Under the pieces are notes generated by a model. It was not told the DNA's origin, did no database searches, and saw nothing but the letters and a program-made list of their open reading frames with translations. A DNA stretch of 18,262 nucleotides. It comes from Paraphysomonas bandaiensis. Taxonomy: Eukaryota > Protista > Chrysophyceae. Both the position numbers and the translations under genes were made by a program. Shown one piece after another: positions 9,922-18,262 of the stretch (within the stretch, counting starts at the first letter, position 1; each line of letters starts with the position of its first letter). Where the stretch lies: assembly GCA_965644295.1 (NCBI GenBank), contig CBFFRP010000638.1:1-18262 (forward strand), written 5' to 3'.

Positions 9922-10040
9922 AACGTAGGATGTAGTGTACTATTAGTATGCGGTTATACGTTGCTCCTAGGTTGCTGTGTGTATTCAGTTTATAGAACAA
10001 ACACGTTTCTGTGGGTAGTGATGACGTTGCAGGGTGTTGT

Positions 10041-10391
10041 CGTAGAGAAAAAATGTACGGATCACTCTACTGTCGTCAGTACTACAGGCTGGCAATGACA
10101 CGGATCCAATACTCCCGTTGTTCTTTATCGGTCTACACTACAGGTAGGCAAAGAAACAAGTCTCTTGACAGATACTACAGAAATTGTTAGTGACAAGAAA
10201 TTATGAGGCTCCCCTACAGTCATAATACTGTTCTCGTGTACTCATTCATATTTCGGTGTACATTCTAGACCGTATCCTACAGAGCTACAAATGCACTAAA
10301 CTGAAAAATACAACCATCAGGGGAACAAAAATAACGACACACGCTCTTGTCACTCGCACTTCCTCGTGCCAACGTATCACTTTGCTCTGCG
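10041..10391 (-). repeat. Putative 3' LTR of copia 2 (~351 bp)
   Basis: Begins CGCAGAG after the PPT and ends CTCTACG (6/7 inverted match). Confidence 0.6.
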
Positions 10392-12395
10392 CACCCCTGT
10401 GGCATGTGTATTGCCTCCTACAATACCACATGACATATACCTGTACAGAGTACCTTGAAGGGGCTTTGTCAATGCATCTGCAAGCATCATCTTCGTCGGT
10501 AAGTGCTGCAAACGAATATTTCCTGCCTTGTAATTCTCTCTGATGATCTCGCGCCTCACACGTAGATATTTCGATCGATACTTGCCACCACCTTTCATCA
10601 CAAGCGATAAAGTTGACGTGTTGTCTTGAAGTACCACAGGTGCGCCGATATCGTAGCCTTGTCCCTTGATGAAATCTGCACACTGTATCACCAGCATCAT
10701 CATATCTGACAGTCCCACCAATTCAGATTCTGTCGAGTCTTTCGTGACCATCCTTTGGTTCGAGGATTTGCACAGAACTGTCGCGCCACCTACCTTAACC
10801 ACGAGTCCCGTATGTCCTTTGCCATCCTCATGACATGCGAATGCTGAATCGATGTATCCAGTGACAGCCAGCTCCTTCCCCACGCGTAATACCAAGTTCT
10901 GTTCCCTAGTCGCATTGAGGTAGCGGGCTACTCTGTGAAGCTTTTCCATATCTGCCTGTGTAGGACTCTTCACTTTTGTACTCAGGTAAGCGATTGCAAG
11001 CAATATATCCGGTCTCACTCTCTTAGCCAGGTATAATAATTGTGCCACCATCTTATGAAACTTTCTCCTCTCATTCTTGCTGATCAATTTAGTCGTAGTG
11101 TTCTTAAATAACGCACCAGTAGCTGGTGATGCAGCATTCCCTGTTACACCGTGTTCCTGTAGAAAATTCTCTATGTATGATTTCATAGACACCGTGATCT
11201 CGCCGTTCTCTGCTATTATTATATGCATGCCTAGGTAGGATAGATTTTTGTCATCGCTATACTTTACTTCCACAAAACGCTCCCTGAGCTCTTGTACAAG
11301 CTTCTTGGTATCTTCCTCCTTGTGTGACATAACCAGTAGGTCGTCGACAAACACTACCACTGTGCATGTGTGTCCATCAACCACTCTGTTCATTACACAT
11401 GGGTCTACCTCATTATGTTTGAACCCAATCGATCGCAGGAACCCGGTTATAGTTTCATACCACAATCTCGCGCTCTGTATGCATCCATATAATGCCTTGT
11501 CTAGTCGTACATACAACTTGCCGCTCTCATCTACGTAGGGCTTAACTTCCGGCGCTACCTTAGATAGTATTGTAGTTAGCATAGGCTCTAGCTCCATGAT
11601 GACTTCCTCTCCTGTCATCTCCGCATTTAAATACGCGCCGCCAATGTCCACCGTTGCTATATGCCGCTTCTCCTTTGCAGCAATTGCTAAGCACATCATG
11701 ATCGATTGCATCGCTGCTGTTGGCGACGATGTGTCTGTATACAGCTTCCTGTCTTGCTGTGCCCCATTCGCCACTAGTCGAGCTTTTACTTTCTCAAAGC
11801 GACCCATGCCATCGTACTTTGTCTTGAGGAACATTAGCGATCGGATTGTCTTCTTCAATTGCTTCTTTGACAACTGCTTCTTCTGTACCGGACTCATAGC
11901 CTTCTTCTCATGCAATAGTTGCTTTAGCTCTGCAACAATGGCTTTATATGCTGTAGGTCCATACTCCTGCAATCCTTTCATAACACTTGTATGGTAGGCT
12001 CTATACTCCACCGGCTTAGACGACTGGATTCCAGAATCTTCCCTCGCTTGCTCTCCATGATCCTCACCGATGCTATTGTTTACCGGCACATTACGCTCAC
12101 CGTCGTCATTGTCGTCACCGTCGTCACCAACAAGCTGTGGAACATCTTCATCTTCATTCTCTGCTGAGTCGACTACATCTTCATGACTCGTTCGCGACTC
12201 CAGTTGTCGTTCGCCCTTCGCTGATTTTTCCAAGTAAGTCGAGTTATGATCCTCTTCATCGGACTCATGTCCCTCTGGCAGGTTCATCTTATCCTCCTCT
12301 CTATCCAGCCCATCTTTCGCATCAGTCTTCTGTAGCAATGGTGTCATATCGTCTCTTCCACTGCTATTATCACACGTCTTTGCTGCATTGTTCAT
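10377..12395 (-). CDS. pol: Copia 2 pol fragment: acidic linker, reverse transcriptase, RNase H
   Basis: KVKARLVANG, VDIGGAYLNA, LDKALYGCIQSARLW, FVDDLL, YIDSAFA, STESELVG, QDNTS, ADALTKPL. The AIVAELKQL...IRSLMFLKTK pattern resembles diatom CoDi-type RTs. Confidence 0.96.
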   Translation of the reverse strand: MNNAAKTCDNSSGRDDMTPLLQKTDAKDGLDREEDKMNLPEGHESDEEDHNSTYLEKSAKGERQLESRTSHEDVVDSAENEDEDVPQLVGDDGDDNDDGERNVPVNNSIGEDHGEQAREDSGIQSSKPVEYRAYHTSVMKGLQEYGPTAYKAIVAELKQLLHEKKAMSPVQKKQLSKKQLKKTIRSLMFLKTKYDGMGRFEKVKARLVANGAQQDRKLYTDTSSPTAAMQSIMMCLAIAAKEKRHIATVDIGGAYLNAEMTGEEVIMELEPMLTTILSKVAPEVKPYVDESGKLYVRLDKALYGCIQSARLWYETITGFLRSIGFKHNEVDPCVMNRVVDGHTCTVVVFVDDLLVMSHKEEDTKKLVQELRERFVEVKYSDDKNLSYLGMHIIIAENGEITVSMKSYIENFLQEHGVTGNAASPATGALFKNTTTKLISKNERRKFHKMVAQLLYLAKRVRPDILLAIAYLSTKVKSPTQADMEKLHRVARYLNATREQNLVLRVGKELAVTGYIDSAFACHEDGKGHTGLVVKVGGATVLCKSSNQRMVTKDSTESELVGLSDMMMLVIQCADFIKGQGYDIGAPVVLQDNTSTLSLVMKGGGKYRSKYLRVRREIIRENYKAGNIRLQHLPTKMMLADALTKPLQGTLYRYMSCGIVGGNTHATGVRRAK
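10392..10400 (-). other. Polypurine tract of copia 2
   Basis: ACAGGGGTG at the end of RNase H, immediately before the candidate LTR. Confidence 0.65.
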
Positions 12396-13174
12396 CCTCT
12401 TCTGGTAAAAACACAGTTCAACAAAAAGTTATACCTTTTTAGCTCGCTCCAAGCTCAATGTCTCCATTGAGACCGTGGTTGTGTCCCATCAGCGGGTCCG
12501 GGCTCAGACTGTTCCCTTCTCTCCAAGCAGGGCAACATTTTGAAACACACCACACTGCCGACAAACATCTTGTCTTACCATGTTGTACATGCTCCCCGTT
12601 AGATAACGTGGCTTGGCAACCTTTCCCTTCACTAACGCCATCAGTTAAACTAAGTGCCTGCACCACTACAGCGCTGTCAGTCCCTATTGGACATTTCCCT
12701 TGTAGATGTATCTGCACCACACTCCGTTCTCTACGGTTACAACCACTCATCGCATGGCTCGTGCGGGTAGGCACTAGGAAAAGGTGCACTTGTTCATTCC
12801 CTAACACCTTTGCTCTCCATCGACCCCGCTACCTTGTAAGACAGGACCATTTCTTGGCGACCGCACAAACCCACTCCACATGGACAATCTATGGTGCACT
12901 CACCAAGCAATCCTCCACCTCTCACGGCTTACCTATCATTCCTATAGTCTACACATCTCATTGGATGACTACCATACTTTCTACGTGGTATGCGCGAATA
13001 CAGTCGCTCTACACAGTATACAGCGTATCAAGCTGTACTCTCCCAGTCAACCTCGTCGACTACACAACACACTATCACCACCGCATTTACCACTTATATG
13101 TGCACCTCTTATATAACCACCCTTTGGAAGCATATTTAATCAATACGTACTCCTTACAAAAATCACCTGATACA

Positions 13175-14946
13175 ATGCAACGTGGAGCCACTCCCTCTAC
13201 CAAACGAACTTACACCTCGAAGTTTGTTCTCCCTCCCTCCCATCAACTGATGGACAATGATGCGCATGTTAAGAACGCCCTATCGGATTTCAAGAAATCC
13301 AAAGCCGACGTGCCCAGACTTCAGCTTCCATCTACTCGCACGTTCTTGGAATGGAGCAGCTTCGAACCAGCCATGGAATACCGAACTCTAGTGGTCAGCA
13401 ACCTGAAAATGACAGACGATACGGCGTTCTTTGGAATCATACATTATCTAATCAATGAATTGGGGTTTCCAATTTCACTCCCTACCCCGCAAGACCTCGC
13501 TACTTTCAGGGCAGCCGAGGATGCGCGAACTTGCTCAGATTTACCGGCTCCTACGGCGAGCAGAGTAATACGAGCATTCGCCCTTGGCAGACCTGGGTAC
13601 GAGGTCAGGCCGGGTATGGGACAGAATGTCGCTGCTGATTCACGCATGCTCTCAGCGCCTCTCTGTTTTGATCTACATATTGAAACTGGCACCTCAGTTG
13701 ACGACAAAGGGCGTCAACGGACAGAAAGTCGACACGTTCAGTTGTCACTGTTTCAAACCCCAAGAGAACAATTCGTCGATCGCTCCATAGAGGAACCAAC
13801 TCTGGTACCCGTTGCTGCGATATATGGTATGACTGCTGATTCGGCCAGCACCAGGCCTGCACACGCCTACAGATTGCGGAATATACTGGACATGTTACTT
13901 CGCGCAGGAGGCTTTTTGCCACACTCCCCCCGTACGAAGTATTTTGGACTTTAACTCATTACAAAGGCAAAACTAGGGCTACAGACAAAACCTATCGCTA
14001 TTACCAGATTCTCCTACTTCACCACCCTGTTCGAGACCAAGACTTAAGAACGAAATTTTACAAAGCACTATTCAACAATGAAGTTGGTGGACATGTAGAA
14101 CTCAGCCTAGGCTCACTGTGTTGCCGAATGACAAGCAGAGAATCACCCTCGCTTAAGCAATCCAACTGGGCACCGACCCTTTCCCTATTTCACATCGCCC
14201 TTAAGTCGGAAACACTCCTGCATCCCGTGCAAGTATGGAAGGCATGTGATGCAATAGGGATCCCTGCTGCGGATATACAAGACATCATATGGTCTGCGCG
14301 TAACCCGATCACTACCAACCGCAGGGAAAAAGAACGACTAATGGAACAAACTTACATCTGTCTTGACAATAACAATGACAAGATCAAACTCACCTGGGAA
14401 CTCTCTCGCCCTAGTATTAACACTTGCCTAAAAAGCGCCCTTGGGGACGAAAACTTACACCTTCTTCTCTATCATACCATACCGATTCCTCCAGATCTTC
14501 ACTCCCAACGTTTTCTGTATGCTCTGAACGAGGCAATTGATACTGAGGACCACAGTTCCCACCACATATCGCCTCCCATATCCTTCCAGCCCTTTGGTCC
14601 AACCACTGTACCACAACAGAGGTCAGCAGCTACTCGTTCCTCCACACCCAAACGGCAAAGACAGGTAGACATTTCCCCCCCTACCACACCGGCACCGACT
14701 CCCACCTGCCCGGAGCTATGCGAAATTGCACTCCACGCGTCCTCAAATCTAGTTCCACTAACCACGGTACACACCATTCTGTCCCGATTGGAAAACGCGG
14801 TAACGGACCTTTACAAGATCGACATAGAGACCACACTCGTAGTGCTTGATTACTATAAACAAAAAGTCGGCCAATGCCTACCGAAGAGGAATCAGGAAGA
14901 CTACGAGCGCGATGACTCCGACATATTCGGGTCTGATTCCAACTGA
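13175..14946 (+). CDS. ORF1-like protein (~590 aa) with one frameshift
   Basis: Adding one C to the C6 run at 13926-13931 fuses the 498-aa and 272-aa ORFs without stops (PHSPPYEVFWTL...LCCRMTSRE). RTLVVSNL resembles an RRM RNP2 motif. Start is uncertain: the frame is open from 12458. Confidence 0.75.
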
Positions 14947-15036
14947 CTTCTACTGGACTGGGACACTTTGGAGGCGAACAGCACTACACAGATATTTAGT
15001 TTGCAAGAGGCCCCCAAGTGGTCACCCCCCAGTCCA
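14944..15036 (+). promoter_or_regulatory. Candidate stop-codon readthrough signal (UGA-C, 7-nt spacer, stem-loop)
   Basis: TGGACTGGG (14954-14962) pairs perfectly with CCCAGTCCA (15028-15036); CACTT-T-GGAGGC (14964-14975) pairs with GCCCCC-AAGTG (15010-15020). Confidence 0.65.
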
Positions 15037-18000
15037 CACCTACTAAATCCTCAACACGTACTCACATTCGACATGAAACACACGCCCTTAGACTATCACC
15101 TCCGACCACCGCGCAAACCGCCAGACAAATTCCTACGCTCATCGAGCAGTGTACATACAACAAGATGGCATCATGGACCAGAATATTCAAGCGACAGTAG
15201 TGGGGATGGACCGAGAAAGAGACCTGCCTCTGCTCAGTATAAGAGAAACAAACTCCGACGACAGAGCTGCACACGAAAACTACAGCAGTATCGTGATGGC
15301 ACCATCCCATGCCTCCCGCCACATATCCAACGCAGACAGACACGCAGTGCGCTTCGCATGAGTCAATTCAATAAACTCATCTGGAAGGAGCACCTTCGAC
15401 ATAAATCGCAGAAAAGTGAGGCCCCTCCACACCAGCCTGATACCACTCGACCGGCCAGGGATGACATGACTACGAACCAAAGGCCGTCCCCCCATGACAT
15501 AGTCCCACCGCAATCTACATCCCTCGAAAAGTCCACTCCACAAGCCTGCGCAGTGATGTCCTCAACAGATCACAGTGACAGCCCTCTATGCTCACACGAG
15601 ATTGCAACATCGTATAACCCATCCACCAGCACTTCTACTCCTCAGGATGGTTCTGGGATAACACAACAAATGTACTCCGCAGAACCGATTGAGACCCCAC
15701 CAGTGTTCATACCGCATCCAGTACCAGCTGCTTTCCTAGACTCCACCCTCCAGGAATGGACGTTCTATTCGCCCAGTGGATTGCTTGCCATTGCTTTGCA
15801 GGAAGAGATGGTCAGCAGTGTGACACAACTACTACAGTTGGGACACGACACTCCCGCTATCCACAGCCACGTGCGTCGCTCACTGGAAGAGGGAAAAATG
15901 ATTGTAGCACGTCATTATGCGTATTCAGAGTACAACAACACTCCTATGGCGGGGTTCTGCGGGCTGGCGGCAATTGCTTCCATTCACTACAAGAGCTCAA
16001 ATGATAAGCTATACCCGTACCTGGACCCTGATGTTCCAGACTCGAAAGATAAACTGCTCCAAGTCATACAGACGAGCAGAGAAGTACTCAACTCATACAC
16101 AACAGAGGAAGCCAAAAAGCTCAACATTGTGGCCATTTGCAAGGAGCTCAAACAACTACTCACCACATATCACAGAGCACTTCGTAGGAAGAAACCTACT
16201 GCCATCGGAATACCCACAGAGAAATGGGGACATACTGATACCATTGCCTTCTTAGCAGAAACCCTGAACATACGGCTCAGAGTATGGCAGGAAGAACCAG
16301 AAGTCCTAGGGCACAACTGGGCGTACTGGTCTACCTTTCACTCAGCCTTCATTCCCAAGACGCAAGAACGGCCATTTCATGAGGTGTTCTGTTCGGAAGA
16401 TCATTTCTTCCTAGATACAAAGCTACCAGTAAAACTGGAACTCCACACGCTGTTGGACCGACTCCCTGAACTTGTATGCGGACGGATACTCCAGGCACTA
16501 CCACAACAATCTAATGAAGCTCAATGGCATCACCAGAATCAGGTAGGTACCCATCCTTCGCATAACTGCCAAGGGAAGGCATATTCCTCTGACAATAGTG
16601 GTGACGGACCGATACACCACCCCAAGAATAAGGTACCCAAACACGCCAAGGAAATTGTACCACCGCGTGCACTCCTCACTGACTATTTCCCTGTCAAATG
16701 GAGATCACCTGCTCCCACATCCCCCTCGTTGAATTCTGGCGACCCACCAGCACCGGACATAGCAGACTCAGCTCACACGAGTTCTTCCCCAGGCCCCATC
16801 CTACACGCTATGGGACAGGATTTCATGCCATTCCACTCTACGGTTCTGAACAACTGGGTGGAATACGATGACTTCCACACCATAGCAGTCGCTCCACAGC
16901 CAGAACTAGTACAGGAGATACATTCGCAAATGCTGACCCCAACTAGGATCGCAAATTGGGATAGCTTCATTGACAAATTCTCCAGGGCAGACAACTACAT
17001 CTTTATGACCACATTTCCAAAATGTGAACATACGAAGGGTTCCACGTGCAGCGCACTCCAAATAGCACAGCAGTTGCAGACCTCCATCAAATCCAATGTG
17101 GAGTCCCCGCACGACATTTCCAAGCATATCAGAGCACTCTGCCTGACAAGAGGGGCACCACTTTCCTCCACAAAATCACTTCGGATGAGGTTGCAACAAT
17201 TTGAACACTCTCAAAGAAATCAACCAGACAGCGAACTGGAAATGGACGTGCAGGATTTTCAAATAATACTAGACCTACTATCTATACCATACAGGTTATG
17301 GGAAGCTGATCAACCACATCTAGTGTCGGGCTGGGCGCAGCTAACGCCTTTCTTCCGGCACTCCCTTACAAGGAACCTCACCACGGAAGATGTTACAACC
17401 CACGACATCGTCCAAAGCCAACACGGGTTTCACGTTCTTGCTACGACAGGCACTACTAGCATACCTGGTATCCAGTACCGACTCAACACTGCTCTCGCAC
17501 GAACCAAACAACGCATTTCCAACTTACTGCAGCACCTGCGTACCAGACAAGAAGGCGTCAGGATTGAGGATCCCCCAGATCCACGGCACCTTCAGATAGA
17601 CACCATCTCGACACAGGCCGAGATACTTGATGTTTCTCTCTCCGCGAGAGTCCGACGCCACCTTGCACAAAGGTCCCTCAAGGATCATAACCACCTCAGG
17701 CAACTCATGTGCGCCATGGGCAGGGTGTATTGTCTAACCCTAAGACCCTCGGCGGTTAGAACACAACAACAAATACCAAGCGACGGGTACTGTGCATATA
17801 GCACCCTTCATTACATCCATGTCCTTGCAGCCAAAGAGAGGCAAACTCGCTCTTGCTCGAAACTTGACCTCAGGCACCACAGAGACCGTCTTACCCTTGC
17901 ATCCTTCCTTACGAACCTAAGACACACTGCCTTACATGCGCTGTATCGGGATCACCAAGATACGAATTCCATACAAACAATACGGAACAAGCTCGTGCAT

Positions 18001-18262
18001 GCCCAAACGGCTCTTGGTATCCCGAACAAGACAACATACACTACGGCAGAGGATATCAACCATTGGCTTTCAGTACGTGAGGTCCATATGCTTGCCGCCA
18101 CTATCCTACCATGTACGACATGGGCACAAAATGGAAATACTCTAAGCATAGTGGGACTACCAACAGACGCACACACATACAATATCACATGGAAGATGGA
18201 GGAACTAAGAGACGCTGTCACAGACTCTTATCCACATGTTATACTGCAGGATGCGCATTACT
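14947..18262 (+). CDS. ORF2 polyprotein (>1100 aa, 3'-incomplete) with three tandem OTU-like cysteine protease domains
   Basis: Manual translation shows no stop from 14947 to the window end; first ATG at 15073. Motifs: TPMAGFCGLAAI / KWGHTDTIAFLA / EDHFF; GSTCSALQI / IPYRLWE / QHGFH; IPSDGYCAYSTL / HWLSVREV / DAHY. Confidence 0.85.

Larger units (their letters stand above)
10041..12405 (-). mobile_element. Ty1/copia LTR retrotransposon 2 (CoDi-like), 3' half only
   Basis: RT-RNase H ORF, polypurine tract and candidate LTR. Coding similarity stops at ~12405 where the plus-strand element begins. Confidence 0.93.
12406..18262 (+). mobile_element. Large plus-strand element, probably a non-LTR (LINE-like) retrotransposon, 5' portion
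   Basis: Abuts truncated copia 2; intronless ORF1/ORF2 layout; strongly A/C-rich sense strand; cysteine protease domains in ORF2. RT and endonuclease are not in the window, so the class is inferred. Confidence 0.6.

Noticed and set aside
12406-12560. HDV-like ribozyme at the 5' end of the LINE-like element
   Set aside because: Only a simple hairpin is visible; I could not build the nested double pseudoknot by eye.
14944-14946. Genome-wide UGA reassignment (alternative genetic code) as the explanation for the in-frame stop
   Set aside because: Long ORFs contain no other in-frame TGA, conserved Trp residues use TGG, and TGA ends other ORFs (copia 2 pol, RS-tail gene).

Overview
Eukaryotic, transposon-dense window in the standard genetic code, with 51-63 nt GT-AG introns. 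The host is probably a stramenopile-like protist (inference). It is built from nested mobile elements. (1) A minus-strand Ty1/copia element (5' LTR ~7509-7760, gag-PR-IN-RT-RH to position 50) has its integrase split by (2) a 2.8 kb TIR element (2728-5553) with no recognisable transposase. That insert carries two divergent spliced genes, one encoding a Tudor-like domain. (3) A second divergent gene pair follows: an RS/His-rich protein and a C1-like zinc finger fragment. (4) The 3' half of a second, CoDi-like copia element (RT-RNase H, PPT, LTR with CG..CG ends) is cut at ~12405 by (5) a long plus-strand, probably non-LTR retroelement. Its ORF1 and ORF2 are in the same frame, separated by one UGA-C followed 7 nt later by a long stem-loop, which is a stop-codon readthrough signature. 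ORF2 is absent from the supplied track, stays open for >1100 codons to the window edge, and encodes three tandem OTU-like cysteine protease domains. No RT or endonuclease of this element is visible in the window.
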